Positions 9,634-18,032 of a stretch of DNA of 45,234 nucleotides are shown piece by piece (within the stretch, counting starts at the first letter, position 1; each line of letters starts with the position of its first letter). Where the stretch lies: the IMG/VR virus record IMGVR_UViG_2579779009_000005. One strand, written 5' to 3'. This DNA comes from a virus. Lineage: Duplodnaviria; Heunggongvirae; Uroviricota; Caudoviricetes. Under the pieces are notes generated by a model. That model was given only the letters and a program-made list of their open reading frames with translations. It ran no database searches and had not been told where the DNA came from. The translations under genes were made by a program, and so were the position numbers.

Positions 9634-10326
9634 CTAAATAGCAGGCTTGCTACTCCTCTGATTGGTATTGGCCCTTCTGGCCATTTGTTTAGCTAAGTAA
9701 GCCTCCGCAACACTGTCGTACTCTTCGCGCGTGAAGCCTTTCTGGTCGGGATATTTTGCCGCCAGCAGCATCTGAAATTCGGTCATTGTTAACTGAGAGG
9801 CTTCGGCACGGTTCATGCCGAAGTGGCTACGTGCAGCACTAATGTAGTCGAAGGCTTTAAACTCCGTCGTGCGCTCGCCTGTTTCGTGGCGCTGCAACTG
9901 GCGGACTTTGGCTTTACCTACGACGCCGTGCTGCATGAGGTGCTGCGCCAGCACGATGATATCGTTCTTCGGTATCTGACCCGGGCGGTATACGACACAA
10001 TGTCGCCACCCTTTCCATTCCCCAATCATTGGCGTCAGGTCATCATCACAGCACGCTTGGAGCACAAGCATGCACGTTGATAACAGCTTCTCGGCTGCAC
10101 GGTTGAATGATGGAGATAGCCATTCAGGAAAGCGCCCCAGCATTCCAGCGCACACCTCAATCAGCTGAGCGACGTCATTCCCGTGGATGGTGGCATACAC
10201 CTGCACAATCTCTTCAGGAGCGCCGATCCGCGTCATAGCCTCGAATGATGGCCTGAGCAGGTAGTCTTTCCCACCTGCGCGGCTGTCGCTGATAGAGAGT
10301 TCGCCAATATCGGTTAAAGCGGTCAT
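9634..10326 (-). CDS. Tail assembly chaperone (putative)
   Basis: 230-aa ORF immediately downstream of the major tail protein gene. Assigned from position only. Confidence 0.45.
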   Translation of the reverse strand: MTALTDIGELSISDSRAGGKDYLLRPSFEAMTRIGAPEEIVQVYATIHGNDVAQLIEVCAGMLGRFPEWLSPSFNRAAEKLLSTCMLVLQACCDDDLTPMIGEWKGWRHCVVYRPGQIPKNDIIVLAQHLMQHGVVGKAKVRQLQRHETGERTTEFKAFDYISAARSHFGMNRAEASQLTMTEFQMLLAAKYPDQKGFTREEYDSVAEAYLAKQMARRANTNQRSSKPAI

Positions 10327-10383
10327 ATGCCTTCCAGTAAACGGTCATTATCAAGGGCAGCACGCCGCCCTTTGGAATGTCCG

Positions 10384-11127
10384 TTAGGTAACGGTAACCG
10401 TATGCACGGCCACAAAGTTGCCGTCTTCGGTGTTGATGATGATCTGCGCGCTGCCGGTGGCGACGCGGTTCACCGTAACGGTGGTACCGGATGCCGTGGC
10501 AGTGGCTTTGGTTGGATCGGTTGATGCAACGGTGAAGCCCGTGTTTGTTGCGCCGGTTGGTGCGATATTCACCGTGAAGGTGCTGGTACCGCCAGCCGCA
10601 CCAGTGCTGGTTGCCGGAGTTACCGTCACGCCAGTCACCTCCACCTCAGTGACTTCGTTCACTTCGATGGTGCTAGCGTCACCGACTTTGAACTCAGTGG
10701 AGAACGTGACGATGTCGTTAGTGCCACCGTCAGAGCTCAGGTCCGTAACGTTCATATATCCGATGAACTCAACCGGTCCGTAGTCCATGCGAACCCAGAT
10801 ACCGGGCTGCTTCTTGGCCTTCAGTTGCGCAGCAAAGTACGTAATGAACTTGCCGATACCGTACTGGTCCAGCTTGTCCTTCTTACGCACTTCACCTTCA
10901 AAACTGATAGTGAAATCGCTGTTGGTGATGATGGTTTCGACATAGCCGCCGCCGTCATCTGCATCAGATGTAACCGAGCTAGGGTTGAAGTCGAAGCCCT
11001 TTGATGTACCCGCAGCCAGAGATTTCCACTCTGATTCTTCAGGTTTTACATCAGGGCAACCGTCAGCGACCTCCAGCACGATCGCACCGCCGAAAAGGCG
11101 CTCGTTCGAGTTAGGGCAGTCAGCCAT
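10384..11127 (-). CDS. Major tail protein with C-terminal Ig-like domain
   Basis: 247 aa with a Thr/Val/Gly-rich beta-rich C-terminus (TVTPATSTGAAGG...) typical of Big_2-type Ig domains. Strong RBS aaagaggag. Confidence 0.65.
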   Translation of the reverse strand: MADCPNSNERLFGGAIVLEVADGCPDVKPEESEWKSLAAGTSKGFDFNPSSVTSDADDGGGYVETIITNSDFTISFEGEVRKKDKLDQYGIGKFITYFAAQLKAKKQPGIWVRMDYGPVEFIGYMNVTDLSSDGGTNDIVTFSTEFKVGDASTIEVNEVTEVEVTGVTVTPATSTGAAGGTSTFTVNIAPTGATNTGFTVASTDPTKATATASGTTVTVNRVATGSAQIIINTEDGNFVAVHTVTVT

Positions 11128-11149
11128 TTGAAACTCCTCTTTGACGTAT

Positions 11150-11173
11150 AAAAGAAAACCCGCCGGAGCGGGT
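11150..11173 (-). terminator. Hairpin/terminator upstream of major tail gene
   Basis: Stem acccgcuccggcgggu followed by a U-rich tract on the minus transcript. Same 16-nt stem as at 16093 and 35263. Confidence 0.45.
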
Positions 11174-11190
11174 TATTTGGTTGGGAATGG

Positions 11191-11574
11191 CTAGTCGCCA
11201 AACGTGCAGGCAAATTGCAATCGGAAGACTATTCGCCCTTCTTCTGTGAGCACCGGCGCGGGAATTGCGCCCATGTTCTGGATGTAGCCGACGCACTCGT
11301 CAGCCATGGGGTTGGCCTGCACGTAATCGACGATACGCTGCACAGCATTAAGAGCGTCTTTGCGCTTATCTTTTGCGCCGACAACGTCGACAAGGACGTG
11401 GTACTCAGAGCCAAGATCAGTGCGGATATTCGAACCACCGTTTGGCCTGAATACCATGATCGCCTTCGACAGGTCGCCGGGGTCGTCATACATCAGCTGC
11501 TGCACCGTGAAGCCGGTAGTTAGCCCGGCATCGCCGAACATGTTGCGCACCCGCTCGTGCATCATGGGTGTCAT
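11191..11574 (-). CDS. Tail terminator / tail completion protein (putative)
   Basis: 127-aa ORF between the gp10-like gene and the major tail gene. Assigned from synteny. Confidence 0.4.
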   Translation of the reverse strand: MTPMMHERVRNMFGDAGLTTGFTVQQLMYDDPGDLSKAIMVFRPNGGSNIRTDLGSEYHVLVDVVGAKDKRKDALNAVQRIVDYVQANPMADECVGYIQNMGAIPAPVLTEEGRIVFRLQFACTFGD

Positions 11575-12035
11575 AGCGAAAGCTCCTTGCGCATCACCGC
11601 GTCTACGTTATCGCGCTCATCATTCGCGCCTTTGGTCAGGAATTGCGGTTCACCATGCGGATCCCAGTAATTGCCCTTCCCGGTGCCGCCGCCGAACTCT
11701 TTCGGTTTCTGCGGACCGAACTCAGATCGGTTGCTGGTTATACCAAAGTGCGCGCGCGGCTGACCTTTCAGCTTTCCTGACGCCTCATGCACGTAGGCGG
11801 CATAGTTGGCTGAGTAGCCGATGCGCCCAGTAATGAGTACACCGCCAGCGTCGATCTCCCGAAATTGGCTGTTAATCAGCATAGAGGTATCGATCGGGGT
11901 GTAATAGGCCGCCCGCGCACCGATTAGCATCATTGCCGACTGCAACGCGCGAATAACTTTGCGCCCCTTTACGTCGTTGATGACATCGTTCAGGTGTTTC
12001 TTAGCCTGGCTGATGCCCTTCACTTTGATGCCCAT
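11571..12035 (-). CDS. HK97 gp10-like neck/tail completion protein
   Basis: 154 aa, in the gp10 position in the neck module. Overlapping start/stop with the neighbouring gene. Confidence 0.45.
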   Translation of the reverse strand: MGIKVKGISQAKKHLNDVINDVKGRKVIRALQSAMMLIGARAAYYTPIDTSMLINSQFREIDAGGVLITGRIGYSANYAAYVHEASGKLKGQPRAHFGITSNRSEFGPQKPKEFGGGTGKGNYWDPHGEPQFLTKGANDERDNVDAVMRKELSL

Positions 12036-12037
12036 GG

Positions 12038-12394
12038 CTACATTCCCGTAATTATCGCCCAGTCATCTTCCAGACCGTCGAGAGTGTCGTTCCAGCGCGT
12101 CACGTGACGAACCTCATCGGCACCAGCCACGACCGGGTCCGGCTCAGCGCTAACACCAATCAGGATGTAATCGCCCTCATCAGCCAACGCATACGCAGTA
12201 AAGAAGGTGTTTTTTACAACGACCTCTTTACCGATTGACCCGAGCTTTGCAGACAGGCCTCCGATGTAGTCGCACATGATGGTTTCAGGGAGTTCGTATG
12301 GGTCGACAGGATCGCCCCACTCGTCATTGCCACCTGCACCCTTGCGCCATATCGTGCACGGCTTGTTGTAGGACCATGAAGCAGTAGACGACAT
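12038..12394 (-). CDS. Head-tail joining (head closure) protein, putative
   Basis: Start revised to MSSTASWSY (ATG at 12394, ATGA overlap with the upstream small ORF). The tabulated N-terminal extension is in the same frame but upstream of the coupled start. Confidence 0.4.
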   Translation of the reverse strand: MSSTASWSYNKPCTIWRKGAGGNDEWGDPVDPYELPETIMCDYIGGLSAKLGSIGKEVVVKNTFFTAYALADEGDYILIGVSAEPDPVVAGADEVRHVTRWNDTLDGLEDDWAIITGM

Positions 12395-12567
12395 CAGCCC
12401 TCCTTCCAGCGTAGCACCTTCGCGCCAGTCACCCGGATTTTCTCGCAGTTGATGAACCACTCGCCGTCCGATTTAACGTAGCCGGTAGTCTCCCGCCCGG
12501 TGTCGGTCATCACCCAGACGCGTGAGAACGAGCGTGGCAACCGGACGCTTACAGATGTCCAGGTCAT
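12394..12567 (-). CDS. Small hypothetical protein (57 aa), not in ORF track
   Basis: ORF MTWTSVSVRLPRSFSRVWVMTDTGRETTGYVKSDGEWFINCEKIRVTGAKVLRWKEG. RBS ggagg, ATGA overlaps at both ends. Confidence 0.4.
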   Translation of the reverse strand: MTWTSVSVRLPRSFSRVWVMTDTGRETTGYVKSDGEWFINCEKIRVTGAKVLRWKEG

Positions 12568-12947
12568 CAGCAGCCTCCGACCACCATAAACAGCCCGACA
12601 CTGTTACCGGCGCTGATTGGCAGCTCACCGGTGCAGCCGCTGGTATCGAGTTTCGCCAGCGAGTCGCGTAGCCAGGTGATGCTGTCATCGACATATTCAA
12701 ACGAACGGGAAGCGCCAGACGGTGCGCCCTGCGATTTGATGCGGCGCGCGCCGGAAGACGTAGCCATCAGCGCGGCTGCATACATCAGGATCAGCTTCGC
12801 GGTGCACTCGTCATAACCCGCGCCATCGAGGCACGGGATAATCTTGTTCACTGCGCAGAGGATCGGATCCAGCAGCGCGCCCGGGATGGAATAACCCAAT
12901 TCACCGAGGTACGCCTGCACGTCTGCCGCTGTGATTGGGTCAGCCAT
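12567..12947 (-). CDS. Head-tail connector/adaptor protein (putative)
   Basis: 126-aa ORF downstream of the capsid gene. Assigned from synteny. Confidence 0.35.
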   Translation of the reverse strand: MADPITAADVQAYLGELGYSIPGALLDPILCAVNKIIPCLDGAGYDECTAKLILMYAAALMATSSGARRIKSQGAPSGASRSFEYVDDSITWLRDSLAKLDTSGCTGELPISAGNSVGLFMVVGGC

Positions 12948-12949
12948 GG

Positions 12950-13129
12950 TTATTTATCCTTCTTGGATTTCGTGGAAGGATCTGCCTTCTGCTCCACGTT
13001 CTCAGCAATGCCGGCATTAACCCAGTGCTCAGCCAAAGAATCAGGAACCTCGACAATGCTACCGGGTTCCTGTTTCTTGAGGCTGGCACCGGCGAAGATG
13101 TTAGAAGCTACAATCTTTACCTGTGCCAT
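12950..13129 (-). CDS. Small hypothetical protein (59 aa), not in ORF track
   Basis: ORF MAQVKIVASNIFAGASLKKQEPGSIVEVPDSLAEHWVNAGIAENVEQKADPSTKSKKDK with strong RBS aaggagggg, directly after the major capsid gene. Confidence 0.45.
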   Translation of the reverse strand: MAQVKIVASNIFAGASLKKQEPGSIVEVPDSLAEHWVNAGIAENVEQKADPSTKSKKDK

Positions 13130-13138
13130 TTCCCCTCC

Positions 13139-14224
13139 TTAGCTGTCACCAGTGGTTGCAAATACAACAGAGAAGTGACCGTTGATATCCTGCTTAACCA
13201 TCAGGCCGGCAGCCCCCCAGGTGCGCCAGACATAATCGCTGTTGTAGAACTGGCGAGGATCCGCAACGGTGCCGAACGCCTGACCTACAATTGGAGCAAT
13301 CACGCCAGCACCCAGTGGCACGATAAGCAGCTCATTACCAGACAGTGCCGCGTCTTCTTTGATCGATACCACGCCTGACAGCTTCAGAATTTCTTCCAGT
13401 ACGGTTCGAGTCTGGTTTACGTCGAAATATTGTTCCAAGTTAGACATGATTTCAGCGGAAACATACCAGGTCTGCTGACCGTACTGATAGTTCTGAAGTT
13501 TAAGAACATCACGCAGTTGGATAGCACCTTTACGCAGCGCGATCGGATCGGTGCTGGTAGCAAAGTTCACCGGCGTATTCACCTGTGCTACACGCTCATC
13601 AGCGCGAAGGCCTTTCCAGGTGTAGTCGTCAAACTTAATGTAGTTGTCTTCACTGTCACGGAATCCGCGCCAGAGATAATCAACATACTGACGGCGTACG
13701 TCATCTACGGAACCGGCCTGAGCATCTGCCAGAGATGAGAGCGCGGAGCCTTTGTTGAATACCGGGTCACGCCAGTTGAATTTAAAGCCGCTGTCATGGA
13801 TCGGCACCATAGTGCCATCGAAGGTGTAAGACTTCGCATCCAGCGCAGCGCCAATCTGACCGGACATTGAGGTGTGCGCCCAACCACGACCGCCAGTGCG
13901 AGCGTACTCGTACACAGACTCTTCCAGACGAACGGAGCGAGACAGCGGCATCAGGTCATTCAGTAGAGTGAATTCCGTCGTCGGCTGAAATTCTGCCAGA
14001 ACGGTCTGATCGTAGGCTTTGTAGAGGCGACGGATATCATCGACAGCGTTTACAGCATTCAGCTCTGGTGCGTTTGCAGCATCGCCACGAAAACGGGTAC
14101 GAGCAATGAAATCAGCCACTGCCTGGGCACTGGAGTTACGGGCGAACTGGAGCTCACGGAATTGAGACTGGTTGGCCTCAAGATTGCGCGTCTCAGTTGC
14201 CTGCTTAACGGAAAATGCAAACAT
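13139..14224 (-). CDS. Major capsid protein
   Basis: 361-aa ORF between the decoration and neck genes. Size and position match a major capsid protein. Confidence 0.65.
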   Translation of the reverse strand: MFAFSVKQATETRNLEANQSQFRELQFARNSSAQAVADFIARTRFRGDAANAPELNAVNAVDDIRRLYKAYDQTVLAEFQPTTEFTLLNDLMPLSRSVRLEESVYEYARTGGRGWAHTSMSGQIGAALDAKSYTFDGTMVPIHDSGFKFNWRDPVFNKGSALSSLADAQAGSVDDVRRQYVDYLWRGFRDSEDNYIKFDDYTWKGLRADERVAQVNTPVNFATSTDPIALRKGAIQLRDVLKLQNYQYGQQTWYVSAEIMSNLEQYFDVNQTRTVLEEILKLSGVVSIKEDAALSGNELLIVPLGAGVIAPIVGQAFGTVADPRQFYNSDYVWRTWGAAGLMVKQDINGHFSVVFATTGDS

Positions 14225-14235
14225 TCAGTATCTCC

Positions 14236-14667
14236 TTACTTAATGACAACGCGCAGGAGATCGCCTGCCGCCGTAGTGTATGCGCGATCTTCTTCAACGA
14301 ACGCACGGACAGATTCGCCTTCCGCAGCCGCTTTGACACGTCCATTGGCAATCGATAACGGTTGACCTTTTTTGTAGGTGCCAGCCGCAGCTGGTACGTT
14401 AAAGCAAACGCCAGAAGTAGGATGCATTGCCACAACCCAGTCACCCGCCGCGATAGTGTCATCCACCGTTTTGCAGCGCAGATAATCGAAGTTGGCCACG
14501 TACAAAATTGCAGCTTCGTTACCATCTACAGAGGCGGTAAATTTGCCGTTTTCAAAAAAGCCTACCGTACCGGGCTGAGTATCTGCCGCCGCCACACCTT
14601 CTCGATGAAGTTGTGGGTTATGGAAGATACCGCCCGCGTGAATTACGTGTTTTCCATCTTTAGCCAT
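14236..14667 (-). CDS. Head decoration protein (putative)
   Basis: 143-aa Gly/Ala-rich ORF between the protease/scaffold and capsid genes. Confidence 0.45.
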   Translation of the reverse strand: MAKDGKHVIHAGGIFHNPQLHREGVAAADTQPGTVGFFENGKFTASVDGNEAAILYVANFDYLRCKTVDDTIAAGDWVVAMHPTSGVCFNVPAAAGTYKKGQPLSIANGRVKAAAEGESVRAFVEEDRAYTTAAGDLLRVVIK

Positions 14668-14670
14668 TTT

Positions 14671-16056
14671 TTACTCCGGCATTTCGCTGAAAGATTCGTT
14701 GTTATTGACCTGGCGGAATGCACCATTCAGGCCAGTAGAGGTCTGGCACTGTGCGTACAGGCCATCAAGTGCCGCACCATCGAGGGCATTCACAGCAAGG
14801 TCATCCAGACCAAATTTCGCTTTGACCGCCGAGCGCTTTTCACCCTTCTCTTTGTCGGCGTTAACCGCCAAACCGCTTTCAATGGTGTTAAGCTTTTCTG
14901 CGAACGGGGCAAACCAGGCCGGTGCCTGTTCGCTGTTATTGGCCCGCTCTTTTTTCTTGGGTTTGCCGGTTTCCGGGTCGATTTCTTCATCGCCTTTTGT
15001 CTTGGCGGTGGCTTCATCTGCCTTCATCTGGTTGTATGCGTCCATCAGCTCGGCGTCGGACTTGCCTTCAGTCGGCTTACCAGCGGCTTGCAGCGCATTG
15101 ATAATCAGTTCTTTCATCGGATCGTTCTCTCCGTTGGTTTTAATCTCGTACTCAGTGGGTTTGCGCACGACTTCTACAGGTTCGCCGACGAACACGGCCT
15201 TGCCGTCATCATCGATGAGGTACTTCTGCTTCAGGTATTTGGTGTCATCGCGGTAGATGAAGCTGTCCGGCCACACCGTTTCAGGCCAAAGCCACTTATC
15301 TTCTGTGTCACCCTCGCGCAGCTTGTCGCTGATAGCGCGGGAGATGTCGTCGAAAGAGAAGTTGGAGGCATTGGTGAAGAAGAATTTGGTTTTGTTGAGC
15401 AAGCCGTCGCGGGTGCAGTCGATGCCATCAGCAAGGCGGGCAACTTCTATCTGCTGCTCATCACCCTCAGCGTTAACGAAGATGCCCACGCCCTCCTCAG
15501 GAGTGCCAGCGCCCGGCTCATCAAGCAGCACTGCAACATGGTCAAACATCATGTTGGTGGCGATTTCGTTATACTTCTTGCCCTTCGACTCGCCGTTGGC
15601 GGCGATACCGGAATACAGCAGGCCAGTGGAGATGTGGATCGGGTCGGAGTTAGTACCGGCCAGCATCTCATCCAGACGGTTAATCAGGCGCTTGCCCTTG
15701 TCACTGGACTCTGCGTACTGGCGGTTAACGTACATGTCGCCTGTCACCTTGCCGTCATTGTGGCTCACGTTTTGCAGCCAGGCCCCGACGTGGTACTCAT
15801 TCACCGCCCGGACATCTCGCGCCGACACATGCTTGCCGTCCACTTTCGGGTGGCCCAGCGGCATCGGGTTACGCTCGAGCGTGTTGTAGGCCTTTTCGAT
15901 TTCTGCTGCCGGGTACAACTTCCGGTTCATCACGATATCGTCCACGACAGGCGTGATGCCGCGAACCACGATATGTGGCTTGCCGTCGATGGTTTCAGTG
16001 GTGATGTTTGATGCGGAGTTGACGACGGTCAGCACGTTAACGCGGTTGCGTTTCAT
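14671..16056 (-). CDS. Prohead protease / scaffold fusion protein
   Basis: 461 aa with a globular N-terminal part and a charged K/E-rich C-terminal scaffold-like region. Sits upstream of the decoration and capsid genes. Confidence 0.6.
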   Translation of the reverse strand: MKRNRVNVLTVVNSASNITTETIDGKPHIVVRGITPVVDDIVMNRKLYPAAEIEKAYNTLERNPMPLGHPKVDGKHVSARDVRAVNEYHVGAWLQNVSHNDGKVTGDMYVNRQYAESSDKGKRLINRLDEMLAGTNSDPIHISTGLLYSGIAANGESKGKKYNEIATNMMFDHVAVLLDEPGAGTPEEGVGIFVNAEGDEQQIEVARLADGIDCTRDGLLNKTKFFFTNASNFSFDDISRAISDKLREGDTEDKWLWPETVWPDSFIYRDDTKYLKQKYLIDDDGKAVFVGEPVEVVRKPTEYEIKTNGENDPMKELIINALQAAGKPTEGKSDAELMDAYNQMKADEATAKTKGDEEIDPETGKPKKKERANNSEQAPAWFAPFAEKLNTIESGLAVNADKEKGEKRSAVKAKFGLDDLAVNALDGAALDGLYAQCQTSTGLNGAFRQVNNNESFSEMPE

Positions 16057-16085
16057 GCTGGGTCCTCATTGGTGGATTGCGGACA

Positions 16086-16108
16086 ATAAAAAACCCGCCG
16101 GAGCGGGT
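16086..16108 (-). terminator. Intrinsic terminator after HExxH moron
   Basis: Stem acccgcuccggcgggu followed by uuuuuauu on the minus transcript, between the stop at 16119 and the protease start at 16056. Confidence 0.6.
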
Positions 16109-16118
16109 GAGTTATTAA

Positions 16119-16973
16119 TTAACTTCTTACATACTGACATAGCACGTCAAATACATAATCGATATAATTCTTACCTTCTGACTCGTCAAATTTAGGAGCG
16201 GTACCTTTTTTATTGTAATAGAAAAGTGAAAGTAGTGGAAAAGCAATTGCTACACTTTTTTCATCATCACACTGTGTACTTTTAAACATGCTTTCAATTC
16301 TAGCAGTCGCATGTGGGTGCGAACGTTCCCCGCCATTATCAGTACTTTCTTGGTCTAGAATTATTACTAATGCTAACAGTGACCCACTAAATCTTTTGAT
16401 GAAATGGTTCGGAAGTGTATTTTCATCAAAAATGAAATTTGTTGCAAAACTGTCTGCATCAACTTCCTCTTGACGACACTGAGAATACTCACCATCCGTA
16501 TGCTCTAATTTGATATGCCCTATCTCATGTAGCATGATCCATGCCATGGCACATAGAAACAACTCATCACCAACATCAGTGCTTTCACCATCAAAGTAAC
16601 TCAGATGCAATAAAAAGTCTTTATCATTTAACGATGAGGATATATTAGCCTTGCATAATTCAAGTAACTTCCTTTCACGATCAATCTCATCTTCAGTAAT
16701 TCCAACCCCTTTGGAATTAGCTATCTTATATTTATTATAAAGTGACCATGACAGACAAGAAACCACCCAAACGTAATAAAGCGATGACAACGGTAAATAA
16801 ATTTCTTTTTTTGATGTACTTACAGAAAAGGAAAAGGAACGTGAATCTTCAAAGCACACATCGAATTTTGGATGTACATCACCCCTTGATGAATTTATGT
16901 TATAAACACATTTTTTTAAACTTGTCTCTAATCGCGACAAGGGAAAGTCTATAGGCATGCTTCTGAGTGTCAT
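16119..16973 (-). CDS. HExxH zinc metallopeptidase, Lit-like (peptidase U49?) moron
   Basis: HEIGH motif with a downstream EH, near residue 150 of ~284 aa. Strongly AT-rich. Own terminator. Inserted between the head morphogenesis and protease genes. Tabulated start is TTG; the ATG at 16973 is preferred. Confidence 0.45.
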   Translation of the reverse strand: MTLRSMPIDFPLSRLETSLKKCVYNINSSRGDVHPKFDVCFEDSRSFSFSVSTSKKEIYLPLSSLYYVWVVSCLSWSLYNKYKIANSKGVGITEDEIDRERKLLELCKANISSSLNDKDFLLHLSYFDGESTDVGDELFLCAMAWIMLHEIGHIKLEHTDGEYSQCRQEEVDADSFATNFIFDENTLPNHFIKRFSGSLLALVIILDQESTDNGGERSHPHATARIESMFKSTQCDDEKSVAIAFPLLSLFYYNKKGTAPKFDESEGKNYIDYVFDVLCQYVRS

Positions 16974-17024
16974 TATTTTTTCTCTTAAAAACAATTATAA
17001 TTAGACATTTACCAGAAACATATA

Positions 17025-18032
17025 TCATACAGCCACTGATTGTGACCAATCTTTTCTTTCTTTCGCCAACTTATCCGCCAGTCCTTCGTTGAAGATTCTG
17101 CCGTCGTCGTTGAGCAGTACCGGTATCTGGCTGCAATAGCAGTGGTATTTGTTACCATCTACTGCATACCAGTCGCGCACCTCTTGCACGGTTCTGACCT
17201 TTCCATGCCAGAATGCGTGCGTTGTCCTGGTGGTAGGCTTTAGCGCAGAAAGATGGAGAAGACCTGTATTTAGCCCCAGCCTCTCGGATGCCCAGTCCGT
17301 TTCATTCCATTGAGCTTCACGCAGCGCGCCGACCTGCTCTGTCTGAGCGATGTTCTTTGCCTTCGACATAGACACATCGAGGCGCTTGCTGATGACACTG
17401 GCCGTCTCGCGAGGATTTACCCCTCGCGCTACCGCATCGGTGATGATGTTGGTCAGGTCGCCACGGGCTGTGTCGCTGATGACCTTCCAGTCACTGAACG
17501 TTGTCAGCCTGGCCGCCGCCACCTGATTAAGGTGACCGGGACTACTTAAAAGCTGCTGTAGCGTCGTCTGGCTGGCGTACACCTGAGACTGCTGCGATAG
17601 GTTGTTAAAAGCCTCCAGCGTGCCTCGCTGCGCTTCTGCGACGACGTAATCCATCGCCCACAGGTTTTGCTCGCCACCCTCCAGCAGGTAATCGTTAAGA
17701 ATCGACTGCACTGCTTCGAGGAGGCCAGCCAGTTCCTGCGCCGACATGTCGTAAATAAACTTGCCAGCGTTGACCTGGTAGAGCCGCATGTCCTCGCCTT
17801 GGTCGTGGCAGAGGAAGTGCCAGTTATGGCTGTTTACCTCTCGCTCTCGTCCGGTCAGGCGCTGGTCGAACAGTGCTTTCAGTGCGCGCTTGATGCCGAG
17901 ATACCGATCTTCGATATCCCGGAACATCGCGGCAACCTGCTTTGCCGATCGGGTCGGGTCAACCTTGCTGCGCGGAACTATCGGCAGGCCCACCTTTGCC
18001 GTCTGTTCTGGTGTCATCGGCCAGTGGATCAT
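17025..18032 (-). CDS. Head morphogenesis protein (SPP1 gp7 / Mu F-like)
   Basis: 335-aa ORF immediately downstream of the portal gene, in the typical position of this family. Overlaps the portal 3' end by ~70 nt, so the start is uncertain. Confidence 0.55.
   Translation of the reverse strand: MIHWPMTPEQTAKVGLPIVPRSKVDPTRSAKQVAAMFRDIEDRYLGIKRALKALFDQRLTGREREVNSHNWHFLCHDQGEDMRLYQVNAGKFIYDMSAQELAGLLEAVQSILNDYLLEGGEQNLWAMDYVVAEAQRGTLEAFNNLSQQSQVYASQTTLQQLLSSPGHLNQVAAARLTTFSDWKVISDTARGDLTNIITDAVARGVNPRETASVISKRLDVSMSKAKNIAQTEQVGALREAQWNETDWASERLGLNTGLLHLSALKPTTRTTHAFWHGKVRTVQEVRDWYAVDGNKYHCYCSQIPVLLNDDGRIFNEGLADKLAKERKDWSQSVAV

Noticed and set aside
12473-12700. 75-aa minus-strand ORF
   Set aside because: Out-of-frame overlap with the connector gene 3' end and Trp/Arg-rich. 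The real small gene in this interval is the 57-aa ORF 12394..12567 in a different frame.
14362-16011. 549-aa plus-strand ORF
   Set aside because: It lies antisense to the prohead protease/scaffold and decoration genes, is Cys/Arg/Val/Phe-rich and has no RBS. It is a shadow ORF of GC-rich coding sequence on the other strand.
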